A stretch of DNA of 63,870 nucleotides, filler included. It is 9 parts of 9 records of this genome, joined end to end, with 100 filler letters (N's around TTAATTAATTAA, not from the genome) between each part and the next. Parts side by side here need not be neighbours in the genome. Positions count along the whole stretch, not along the records: positions 1 to 7,268 come from SRR31147125_23881; positions 7,369 to 12,823 come from SRR31147125_23891; positions 12,924 to 19,570 come from SRR31147125_23898; 6 more parts are not named here. One strand, 5' to 3'. Below, piece after piece: positions 1 through 12,924 of this stretch (its first letter is position 1; the number at the start of each line of letters is the position of its first letter). The notes beneath the pieces were generated by a model. That model worked only from the letters and a program-made list of their open reading frames with translations. It was not told the DNA's origin and ran no database searches. The translations under genes were made by a program, and so were the position numbers.

Positions 1-834
1 CTCGGCAATCTTTTCGATCAGACGCGCCTTGTTTACCTGGTAGGGTATTTCAGTGATGATGATGGCTTCGCGATTACTGCGCCGGTCGACTTCAACCAGG
101 GCTCTCGCGCGCATCTGGACAATGCCCCGCCCGGTGGAATAGGCCTGATGAATGCCCTCTTTACCATTGATAAAACCAGCCGTTGGGAAATCGGGGCCAG
201 GTATTTTCTCAATCAGTTCGTCGAGACCGATCCGCGGATCGTCAATCAAGGCAACCAGTCCATCAATCACTTCACCCAGATTGTGGGGCGGGATCTTGGT
301 CGCCATGCCGACAGCAATCCCCTCTGAACCGTTGACCAACAGGTTCGGAAAACGGCAGGGAAGAACCAGCGGTTCTTCGAGGGAATCATCGTAGTTGGGT
401 CCAAAGTCGACGGTTTCCTTCTCGATATCAGCGAGAAGTTCATGAGACAGCTTATCCATGCGTATTTCGGTGTAACGCATCGCTGCAGCAGAATCACCAT
501 CGATGGAACCAAAGTTCCCCTGTCCATCGACCAGAGGGTGACGCATGGAAAAATCCTGGGCCATACGAACGATGGTATCGTAAACAGCGGTATCACCGTG
601 CGGGTGATACTTACCGATAACGTCACCAACAACACGCGCTGATTTTTTGTAGGGCTTGTTAAAATCGTTGCCCAGATCGTGCATGGCGAAAAGAATCCGG
701 CGATGCACCGGTTTGAGACCATCGCGAACATCGGGAAGCGCCCGCCCGACAATAACGCTCATCGCATAGTCCATATAGGACTTGCGCATTTCGTCTTCTA
801 TGTTGACTGTAACTTTATTCTGCTCAGATAACAT
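1..834 (-). CDS. gyrA: DNA gyrase subunit A, 5' part, runs off window edge
   Basis: Manual translation from ATG 834: [53 protein letters not shown] at 841-844; follows gyrB. Not in ORF track because it lacks a stop. Confidence 0.97.
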   Translation of the reverse strand, partial: MLSEQNKVTVNIEDEMRKSYMDYAMSVIVGRALPDVRDGLKPVHRRILFAMHDLGNDFNKPYKKSARVVGDVIGKYHPHGDTAVYDTIVRMAQDFSMRHPLVDGQGNFGSIDGDSAAAMRYTEIRMDKLSHELLADIEKETVDFGPNYDDSLEEPLVLPCRFPNLLVNGSEGIAVGMATKIPPHNLGEVIDGLVALIDDPRIGLDELIEKIPGPDFPTAGFINGKEGIHQAYSTGRGIVQMRARALVEVDRRSNREAIIITEIPYQVNKARLIEKIAE

Positions 835-872
835 CGAGTCCTCCAAGGCTCTGTAACAGGAGCCTTTTAAAT

Positions 873-4330
<3,458 letters not shown>

Positions 4331-4338
4331 TAATAATA

Positions 4339-5448
4339 TTATAATCTCATTGGCATTATAACTGTTATGTAATTAGGATCATTCTCAGGGTTTATTTTTC
4401 CAGGAGAAATATTATCTTTCAAATTTAAATTAACACTATCTGTTTTTATAACTTGAAGTATATCTATTATATATTTAGCATTAAAACCAATAGATATATC
4501 TGCACCATTATAGTTAATATCAATTTCTTCTTTTGCATCTCCCAGATCTGGATTTGAAGATGTCAAAATCATAAGATCATTTACAATATTTATTTTTATA
4601 CCTTTAGATTTTTCGTTAGATAATACTGATATTCTCTTCAAAGAATGTAAAAATAAATCCTTATCTATTATCGCACTATTATTTGATATTTCAGGAATGA
4701 CGCGATTGTAATCGGGAAATTCTCCGTCAACCATTCGCATAATCAATGCAATATTATCAGCATTAATTGAAAAATTATTATCCGATATTCCAATTTCAAT
4801 TTGTTCATCATTATCATCAATCAACTTCTTTAATTCAATAATGCCTTTTTTAGGAAGAATAAAACCTTCTATAAATTTACCGGCAAGTTTTTCATCTAAT
4901 TGTTTCTCTATTTTTGATAGTCTATGACCATCAGTAGATACAAAAATAATATTTTTAGTCTCAGCATCAAATTTTATAAAAATACCCGTCAGATTAAATT
5001 TTGTTTCATCATTTGAAATTGAGAAGATTGTTTTCTCAATCATTTCATTTAATACTGACTTACTTATTTTAGTTATATTATTACTAATGTCTGGAAATTT
5101 AGGGAATTCTTCTGGAGATAAACCAACAAGATTAAATATTGATTTTCCGCATTTTATCTCAACCCAAAAATTATTTTTAGCAGTTATATAAATATCTTTA
5201 TCTGGAAGTTCTTTTATTATTTCAAATAATTTTTTAGCAGAGAGTGTTATTTTTCCTTCTTTTATTGTATTTACTTCATAACTAGCTTTAAGGCCAACTT
5301 CGAGATCTGTAGCAATAAATGTTATTTTATTATCTTTTGTTTCTATTAATACATTAGCAAGAATAGGAAGAGTGTGTTTTTTTTCTATTATGCCCTGAAC
5401 TTTTGTAAGTGCTTCTAAAAATGTACTTTTCTTAATAATAAATTCCAT
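4339..5448 (-). CDS. dnaN: DNA polymerase III beta sliding clamp
   Basis: ATDLE, STDGHRL, GEFPDY, GFNAKY, C-terminal MPMRL; GGAGG RBS upstream. Confidence 0.98.
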   Translation of the reverse strand: MEFIIKKSTFLEALTKVQGIIEKKHTLPILANVLIETKDNKITFIATDLEVGLKASYEVNTIKEGKITLSAKKLFEIIKELPDKDIYITAKNNFWVEIKCGKSIFNLVGLSPEEFPKFPDISNNITKISKSVLNEMIEKTIFSISNDETKFNLTGIFIKFDAETKNIIFVSTDGHRLSKIEKQLDEKLAGKFIEGFILPKKGIIELKKLIDDNDEQIEIGISDNNFSINADNIALIMRMVDGEFPDYNRVIPEISNNSAIIDKDLFLHSLKRISVLSNEKSKGIKINIVNDLMILTSSNPDLGDAKEEIDINYNGADISIGFNAKYIIDILQVIKTDSVNLNLKDNISPGKINPENDPNYITVIMPMRL

Positions 5449-5451
5449 CAC

Positions 5452-5648
5452 TTATCCTCCTACCCTAATAACTAGTTATATATTTAAAATGTATAGTAAT
5501 AGTAATAGGTCTTGTTGAAACTGTTTAAATCAGTTAACTATTTAAAATATAAAGAAAATTTTAAAAATATTATCTGTTTATAAAATGTTTAAAAAATAGA
5601 GTGAATGTTGATTTAAAATTTTATTTTCGGTTATTAACAAATTTCTTT
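5452..5648. other. Probable replication origin (oriC) in the dnaA-dnaN spacer
   Basis: AT-rich tract, TAG-TAA-TAG-TAA-TAG trinucleotide repeat at 5494-5508, then tandem degenerate DnaA boxes TGTTGAAAC and TGTTTAAAT (5513-5530), plus TGTTTATAA and TTATTAACA further along. Confidence 0.75.
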
Positions 5649-6984
5649 TTATGTTGATATTTTATCCATCAGCTTTTCCACAAGTGTCGTTGTGTGAATG
5701 TCATCATCCAATTTTTTTTCAATTTTTTTAATTGCGTGAATAATCGTCGAATGATCTTTCCCACCAAATTTATTTCCAATTTCCGGATACGACATATCCG
5801 TCAATTTTCTGCATATATACATAGCTATTTGTCTTGGGTAAACAATGCTTTTAAGTCGCTTCGAGGATCTCAATTCTGCTGTTTTCATCTGAAAATGCTC
5901 AGCGACAACTTTTTGTATTTTATCTGCAGTAATTTCCTTATTATCTTCAATAAGGATATCCTTCAAAATCTGTTTAGCCATATCCAGATCTATTGGTGTT
6001 GAGGTAAGACTGGAATATGCGCCAATTCTTATAAGGTATCCTTCGAGCTCTCTGACATTATTTGTTATTGAATTAGATAAAAAATAGATAACTTCTTCAG
6101 GTATATTAATTTTATTCTGATCAGCTTTCATCTTTAGAATAGCTTGCTTTGTTTCAGTATCAGGTGCCTGAATATCAGCTATAAGGCCCCATTCAAATCT
6201 CGATCTCAATCTTTCTTCTAATTCAGGAATTTCTTTAGGAAATTTATCAGATGTTACGACTATCTGTTTATGTGACTCATAAAGTGCATTAAATGTATGA
6301 AAAAATTCTTCTTGAGTACTTTTTTTACCTGCAATAAATTGAATATCATCTATTAATAGTATATCTATTGATCTGAACTTGTTTCTAAATTCATCCATCT
6401 TTGCATGTCTTAAAGAATTTATTAATTCATTTGTAAATTTTTCTGATGAATAATAACAAACTTTTAAGTTTTTATTATCTTTTATAATTTTGTTACCAAT
6501 AGCATGAATTATATGTGTTTTTCCAAGGCCAACACCACCATATATGAATAATGGGTTATATGTCGTGGCTGGATTATTTGATACAGCGAGAGCTGCTGCA
6601 TGTGCAAATTGATTTGATGATCCTGATACAAAAGTATCAAAAGTGTATTTAGGATTTATATTTGAAAAATCTATCGTATTAATTAAATCATTTATTTTTT
6701 TCTTTTGTTATATTTGTATCTTTTAAATTTTCTTTTATCTTTATTTTACTGTTAATATTTATTCTCAGATTATGGTTATTATAGCCTAATTGATTAAAAA
6801 TATTTTCTATTGAAAATCTATAATTTTCGTTGACCCAATCTTTAATAAATTTATTGGGGACCTCAGCCTCTATAATATTATTTTTAATATTTATTAATTT
6901 TATAGGTTTAAGCCATGTTTTTATATTCTGATCGCTAATTTGATCGCTTAATTTATTTAAAACTTTTTCCCACAGGTTTTCCAT
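5649..6984 (-). CDS. dnaA: Chromosomal replication initiator DnaA, split by one extra A near 6695-6701
   Basis: Domain I ORF 6688-6984 joins [42 protein letters not shown] and [12 protein letters not shown] once one A is removed. Confidence 0.96.
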
Positions 6985-6993
6985 TTATCCACA
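6985..6993 (+). promoter_or_regulatory. Perfect DnaA box immediately upstream of the dnaA start codon
   Basis: TTATCCACA adjacent to the ATG. Confidence 0.8.
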
Positions 6994-7202
6994 CTTTTTT
7001 AACAGCTGTTTATAAAACTGTAAGTTATTGAAATATTTATGAAATTATAAGAATTATAGGGAAATTGGCCAACTGAATTATTACTATATAGATAATCGTC
7101 GTTATCCGCCACATTTTTTTTACTGTAATTATTATTGACATAGACTAAATTATATGTTTAGTAGTGTTGCTTTGTCATTTTCAGGACCGGAGGATATAAA
7201 TC

Positions 7203-7268
7203 ATGTCTAAAAGAACTTTTCAGCCAAGTCGCATCAAGCGTAAGCGGACTCATGGCTTTAGAAAAAAA
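7203..7268 (+). CDS. rpmH: 50S ribosomal protein L34, truncated by contig end
   Basis: MSKRTFQPSRIKRKRTHGFRK; GGAGG RBS; divergent from dnaA. Confidence 0.95.
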
Positions 7269-7368
7269 NNNNNNNNNNNNNNNNNNNNNNNNNNNNNNNN
7301 NNNNNNNNNNNNTTAATTAATTAANNNNNNNNNNNNNNNNNNNNNNNNNNNNNNNNNNNNNNNNNNNN
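7269..7368. other. Artificial contig spacer
   Basis: N44-TTAATTAATTAA-N44, giving stops in all six frames. Confidence 0.99.
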
Positions 7369-8941
7369 TTTTTGAGTCAAGCAATCCCCAGCGTACCAAG
7401 TCAAGTTTTCGCATACTCTCTCCCCCAAACTCCCATGCACGCTCGTTTACGATCGCATTAAAGAAGTCAGAATCATAGTTTTGAATTTCAGGTGATCCAG
7501 TTCCAAAAGCTCTTTCCCTAACTTTCTCCAATGCCTGCCTAGCTGTAATACTTGCACCAGCATATGAAGCATCAGGTCCATTAAGAGCATTCATTGCTTC
7601 AGCGTACATTAGATAGACATCTGAGTAGCGCATAACAATCCAGTTGATTCCGGTTGGGGTACGCGATGTAGCTGTAGAGGCAATATCCTGATAGCTCCCA
7701 CCGGTCCAAAAGAAATTCCATTTACCAAGACGAACAGACATGATATCATTTCTCATCGTTTCTTTATTCATACCATCTCTTTTACCGTAGCTAGGCCAAT
7801 AGCAAGCGTAATCACGACGCAAATCGTTTGGTGTAAATGAGTAAAAATAATACCCGTTTGTACTTACATAAGTTCCTCCGAAACCACGAGAACCGTAACC
7901 GATACCTCCATCAATTGCTCGCCCCATTAGTGTACCAATATCGCCACTATATCCAACACCATTTGCAACCTCAAATAGATTTTCGTTAAAGGGGTTATAC
8001 TTTAAGCCACAAACTGATTTCCATACATTTCCATAATCAGGATCTAAAGAGTGTGGGTTATCAGGATCTGAAATCAGTTCAGCACATTGTTTAGCCGCAA
8101 TTTCATAATAATCTCTCCAATTATTTGGTCGCCCAACATAGTAGTCATTTATGGCTTCCATTCCTGGATTATTTTCGGTGTTTGGATAACGTTCTACATT
8201 TGTATCCGGGAACTGACCACCATCCCGTACAGACCATCCTCCGGCAAAAAGGGCAACACGAGCCAATAATCCTTTCGCAAAACCTTTTGTTACTCGTTCG
8301 CAATTATAATCTGCCTTCTCTCCAAGCCATGGTAAATAATCAATTGCCTCAGTCAGGTCTTCCACAATTGAGCTATATATACTATCCCTGTCAACTTTCC
8401 CCATATAAACATTTGAAAGATCTGACTTAGACATACTAGATTTATAAGGTATATCTCCCCAACGACGTACCAACTCGAAGTTAGCTAAAGAACGTAATGC
8501 CAATGCTTCACCCAAATATGGTTCCATTTTCTCGGGGGCGCTAATAATCATCTCAGAATTACGGATTCCATCTACAGATGCATTTGCAAGTTCTACCAAT
8601 TTAAAAATAGAACTCCATCTAACCGTGCGGTTATACCAGTCGCACCAGTAGTTAGCAGCTCCAGTATCACTTGTTTTATCTGTATTTGTTTTTGAAGGAT
8701 AACCACTAGCTAACTCAATATCAGAAACGCCCTGCCAGTTTACTGACATTTTTTGGCCATAAACGTAGGTGTCTGATAATTTAGTATAAACTCCCATAAT
8801 AGCAGCTCTTGCCATACCATCATTCTCAAAAACAACTTCACTACTTTGTATTGAAGGTGACTTCGTATCCAGAAAGTCATCAGTACATGCGCTAAACAGC
8901 AATGCTACTGACACTATTAAGTATAATAATTTATTATTCAT
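7369..8941 (-). CDS. SusD/RagB family outer-membrane lipoprotein, 3' truncated
   Basis: Lipobox FSAC; GEALALRS, MRYSDVYLMYAEA, ERAWEFGGESMRKLDLVRWG; downstream of SusC. Confidence 0.93.
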
Positions 8942-8951
8942 GATTCAATCT

Positions 8952-11900
8952 CTAAAAAGTTACGTTAATTCCAAAAATATATGCTTTTGATTTCGGGTAT
9001 GCAGAGTTGTCAACACCCGGTGTCAAATTACTATTCGATGTATTAACTTCAGGATCCTGTCCGCTATAAGAAGTTAGAACAAATACATTATTCGCTGTTC
9101 CATAAACACGCATATTTTGCACTCCGAATTTTTTGGTTAAGTTTCGTGGTAATGTATAACCAAATGAAAGGTTACCAAGACGCAGGAATGAACCATCCTC
9201 AACTGCCCAATCAGTCATTACTGTTGCATTTGTCATTGGATGCCAATATTTTTTGTTCGCATTTAGTTCTTGTATTTTTTCAGGGTTTGCAAATTCTCCG
9301 TAGTAAATATTTCTTCCAGTCTCCGGCTCAATAAATGTAAACCTGTTTCCCAGGCTCATTTCTGTTGTCATATTCTGATAACGTTTTGATCCGGCAAAAC
9401 TGTTGTAATCGATTTTACTTGCATTAAAAATATCATTGCCATAAGACCAGTTAAACATAGCAACCAAATCAAACCCTTTCCATCCAGTTGTAATGCTGAA
9501 ACCACCAGTATGTTTCGGCTGTGCATTTCCAATTACCCGACGATCATTATCAGCATCAATTTTTCCGTCACCATTTAAATCTTTCAGTTTCATGTGACCC
9601 GGACCGTAAAAGTCTCCTGCCCTACTTAAAACACCAGTTACATCAACAATGCCTTCGTTTGGAACCCATTTTTGTGTAGCCTGGTCAAATGAAAATTCAT
9701 CAAAGGAATACATACCATCATGCAGATATCCCCAAATTAGCCCAACTTCTTCTCCTACAATAACCCGGTAATTGTCACGTCCAATGTCAGGTCCACCACC
9801 ATTCAAAATCATCTGATCACTGTTTGTTCCATACAATGCATCTACCCTATTTTTGTTGAACGAGATGTTAAAGTTCATATCAAGGAAAAAGTCTTTTGTC
9901 TTTACAAGGCTACCATTCAATGTAAGCTCAATCCCTTTGTTTGTTGTTTGTCCCAAGTTTTGATATTGATAATCATAACCGGAATGAGAAGGAAGATCCA
10001 CTCTCATAATCAAATCTTTACTTATGTCTTTATAAAGATCAACAGTTAAGCTTATACGTTCATTAAGAAAACCAAGGTCAAATCCTAAGTTTGAGGAGTA
10101 TTTTGTTTCCCATGATAAGTTTTCGTTACGCAAAGTAGAACCAGTTACTAAGGCACTTTGCCCCACTTCATTTTGGTAATACAACCTTCTGGTACTTGTT
10201 TCCGGGCTATATGTTTGACGCCAGTATGAACCTACACGAGCATTCCCGGCCAAACCATAACTTAAACGAACTTTCATGTTGGATAACCAATTCTTTGTTG
10301 ATTGCATAAAGTTTTCTTCGGATACACGCCATGCCAAAGAACCAGCAGGGAAAACACCCCATTTGTTACCCGGTGAGAAAACATTTGTTCCATCTGCACG
10401 AGCAGTAAATGTTAGGTAGTAACGATTATCAAAAATATAATTGGCACGCCCAAAGAATGATTGTGTACGATTAGGTTCTGAAATTGTTGTATAAGTTGGC
10501 TCTTGAGTACCATTATTCCACATAGCCAGGATATTCTCTGCACTGTAATCGTGTGGGTAATAATCAGAATTGATTTTCATCTCATCTCTTTCGGAGTTAT
10601 TCATCTCATAACCTGTTGTAAAATCGAAGCTATGTTTAGCTATACTGTTTTTATAAAAAAGCACTCCCCTTGTAGTCCAGCCATTTCCATTCCAATACTG
10701 GCGATATGCAACAGGTTGTCCTGCTTTTGAATTTGCTTCTCCTGTATTCTTAAGATAGATTTGATCTGTTCTGTCAAATCTAAAGGAATAAGAACCTTCA
10801 ACTCTCATTGACAAGCCTTTAATAATTTCCCATTTTAATGCAGTATTATAGGTGTTATTGAACCTTATTTGCTTTTTATACTCGTTAGCAATATTATAAA
10901 ATGGATCATTTAGGTTACTGATATTTTCAACGTTATACCCATCACCCAAGTCATCTAAGGTAAGGCTTGTTAGTGTTCCAACAGGTGGGTACTTTATACA
11001 GTCTCTCAATTTACGACCAGCAGAAACACTTGCTCCATTAATAATACGATATGACATTTTTGGATTGAATTCGAGTTCCAACTTGTCATTGAATTTCTTT
11101 TTGATCTTGACGTTCAAGTTATGACGAGAATAATCGGAGGTCTTCATTATATAATCCTCCATATCAACCGTATAGCTAACACTGTAAATAAGCGATTTGT
11201 CACCGCCGCTCATATTCAGGTTGTAGTTTTGCTTCACACCTGTTTCGCTAAACAACCTATCCTGCCAGTCGTCTCCTTCTCTTGATTTGTAAATATCTAA
11301 ATCTTCCCAACGACCATATTTTCCAAAAAAACCTGCTGACTCGCCAGAGTCTAGTTCGCGTTGTAAATAAACATACTCATACGGTGAAAGCACAGGGGTA
11401 TAATTGTACATGCTGTTAAAACCTACAGATGAATTGAATTTGACAGTTGTTTTACCAGCTTTTCCGCTTTTTGTAGTAATAAGAATTACACCATTAGCAC
11501 CTTTTGCCCCGTATATAGCGGTTGAAGAAGCATCTTTCAATAAGTCAAAACTTTCAATATCGCCAGGAGGAATATCATTGATACTGCTCACCTGAAATCC
11601 ATCTACAATAAACAAAGGGGAATTATCCTGGGAAATAGAACCTCCACCACGAACACGAATATTAATAGCAGCATCTGGTGAACCTTCTGTTGTAACAATA
11701 CTTACACCGGCCATACGTCCGGTAATAGCTGAAGCTGCAGAAGTTACTGGAATACTTTTCAGAACATTTTCTCCAACTGAAGCAACAGCACCTGTCAAAT
11801 CTTTACGTTTTGCAGTACCATACCCAATAGCAACAACCTCATCTAAACCAATAGATGCTTCCTGCATTGATAGATTAATTATACTTTGACCTTGAACATT

Positions 11901-12467
11901 CACTTCTTCAGGTTTCATTCCTAAGAATGAAAAAACCATAATACCATCAGTTGGTACATTATTTAAGGTGTAATTTCCATCAAAATCAGTTATCGTTCCA
12001 TGAGATGTTCCTTTTACAAGCACTGTAACGCCTGGGAGCGGTTGGCCTGAAGAATCAATAACTTTTCCTTTAACTTGTTTTTGTTGTTGACTACCATCAG
12101 TTATTGAACTTGTTAGAATAATCTGCTTATCAATTATTTGATAATTGATTCCTTTACGAGCAAAAAGATCATCTAATACTTTTTTTACACTGGTTGTTTC
12201 AGCATTCACTTTTACTTTCTGTTCAAGATTAACTTGACTTTTGTTATAAATGAACCTAAATTCTGACTGGTCTTCAATGTCACTCAAGATTTCCTCTAAA
12301 CTTGTAACTTCATTCTTCAACGTCACTTTTGTGCTTTGCGAGTAGCCATCGGATGCTACCGATTGCAAAATACCTGCCAACAATAGAAATAATACAAAAC
12401 GCATAATTCTGAATGTTTTTTTTAGGGTATAGTCAGGCCATACCCAATTACCATGATTTTTTTTCAT
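8952..12467 (-). CDS. SusC/RagA TonB-dependent transporter with N-terminal STN signalling domain
   Basis: STN-like segment LSDIEDQSEFRFIY, carboxypeptidase-like domain GTITDFDG, plug KDASSTAIYGAKGANGVILITTK, EDGSFLRL, terminal F. Confidence 0.95.
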   Translation of the reverse strand: MKKNHGNWVWPDYTLKKTFRIMRFVLFLLLAGILQSVASDGYSQSTKVTLKNEVTSLEEILSDIEDQSEFRFIYNKSQVNLEQKVKVNAETTSVKKVLDDLFARKGINYQIIDKQIILTSSITDGSQQQKQVKGKVIDSSGQPLPGVTVLVKGTSHGTITDFDGNYTLNNVPTDGIMVFSFLGMKPEEVNVQGQSIINLSMQEASIGLDEVVAIGYGTAKRKDLTGAVASVGENVLKSIPVTSAASAITGRMAGVSIVTTEGSPDAAINIRVRGGGSISQDNSPLFIVDGFQVSSINDIPPGDIESFDLLKDASSTAIYGAKGANGVILITTKSGKAGKTTVKFNSSVGFNSMYNYTPVLSPYEYVYLQRELDSGESAGFFGKYGRWEDLDIYKSREGDDWQDRLFSETGVKQNYNLNMSGGDKSLIYSVSYTVDMEDYIMKTSDYSRHNLNVKIKKKFNDKLELEFNPKMSYRIINGASVSAGRKLRDCIKYPPVGTLTSLTLDDLGDGYNVENISNLNDPFYNIANEYKKQIRFNNTYNTALKWEIIKGLSMRVEGSYSFRFDRTDQIYLKNTGEANSKAGQPVAYRQYWNGNGWTTRGVLFYKNSIAKHSFDFTTGYEMNNSERDEMKINSDYYPHDYSAENILAMWNNGTQEPTYTTISEPNRTQSFFGRANYIFDNRYYLTFTARADGTNVFSPGNKWGVFPAGSLAWRVSEENFMQSTKNWLSNMKVRLSYGLAGNARVGSYWRQTYSPETSTRRLYYQNEVGQSALVTGSTLRNENLSWETKYSSNLGFDLGFLNERISLTVDLYKDISKDLIMRVDLPSHSGYDYQYQNLGQTTNKGIELTLNGSLVKTKDFFLDMNFNISFNKNRVDALYGTNSDQMILNGGGPDIGRDNYRVIVGEEVGLIWGYLHDGMYSFDEFSFDQATQKWVPNEGIVDVTGVLSRAGDFYGPGHMKLKDLNGDGKIDADNDRRVIGNAQPKHTGGFSITTGWKGFDLVAMFNWSYGNDIFNASKIDYNSFAGSKRYQNMTTEMSLGNRFTFIEPETGRNIYYGEFANPEKIQELNANKKYWHPMTNATVMTDWAVEDGSFLRLGNLSFGYTLPRNLTKKFGVQNMRVYGTANNVFVLTSYSGQDPEVNTSNSNLTPGVDNSAYPKSKAYIFGINVTF

Positions 12468-12520
12468 AAATTTGAAATGTTTAGTAATAGTTTATAAAAC
12501 TTACGTAACTACTAAATGCC

Positions 12521-12549
12521 AAGAGGAAGTGTCTCCAGCACTTCCTCTT
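12521..12549. promoter_or_regulatory. Perfect 11-bp stem-loop between fecR and susC
   Basis: AAGAGGAAGTG-tctccag-CACTTCCTCTT. Confidence 0.6.
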
Positions 12550-12557
12550 TTATTTAA

Positions 12558-12823
12558 TTAATTTTTTCTTGATATTTTTAATTTCCGCTGTTCAACATCA
12601 CCATCTTCTGATTTATCAGCATCAACTAACTGATATTGAATTGGAAGTGCTAAAGACATGTATTTCAATAACTCATCTACACTCCCAATTGTTATATTTG
12701 CTCTGAATTGTTGGTTCTCCAGACCATCCATATTCAGTTCTACATCTACATCATAAAAGCGTTCAATTTTTCGGCAAACTGACTCAATATTTTCATTGTC
12801 AAATTCCAAACGTCCATCAATCC
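12558..12823 (-). CDS. FecR-family anti-sigma factor, C-terminal part
   Basis: WIDGRLEFDNENIESVCRKIERFYDVDV resembles the FecR C-terminal domain; upstream of an STN-SusC. Confidence 0.8.
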
Positions 12824-12923
12824 NNNNNNNNNNNNNNNNNNNNNNNNNNNNNNNNNNNNNNNNNNNNTTAATTAATTAANNNNNNNNNNNNNNNNNNNNN
12901 NNNNNNNNNNNNNNNNNNNNNNN
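12824..12923. other. Artificial contig spacer
   Basis: N44-TTAATTAATTAA-N44. Confidence 0.99.
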
Positions 12924-12924
12924 G

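Noticed and set aside
152-752. ORFs 152-394, 267-752 and 442-642
   Set aside because: Alternate-frame or antisense shadows of gyrA.
845-866. Hairpin AAGGCTC...GAGCCTT between gyrB and gyrA as an attenuator
   Set aside because: Short stem with no U-tract on the coding strand; not enough support.
6688-6701. Programmed frameshift or pseudogene in dnaA (also acnA, GH3, TauE, both APC genes, TPR gene, OLD nuclease)
   Set aside because: Every break falls in a homopolymer run and is fixed by one base, including in essential genes. Sequencing error is the simplest explanation.
7313-7324. TTAATTAATTAA as a biological repeat; ORF tails ending in X...LIN
   Set aside because: Synthetic six-frame stop linker.
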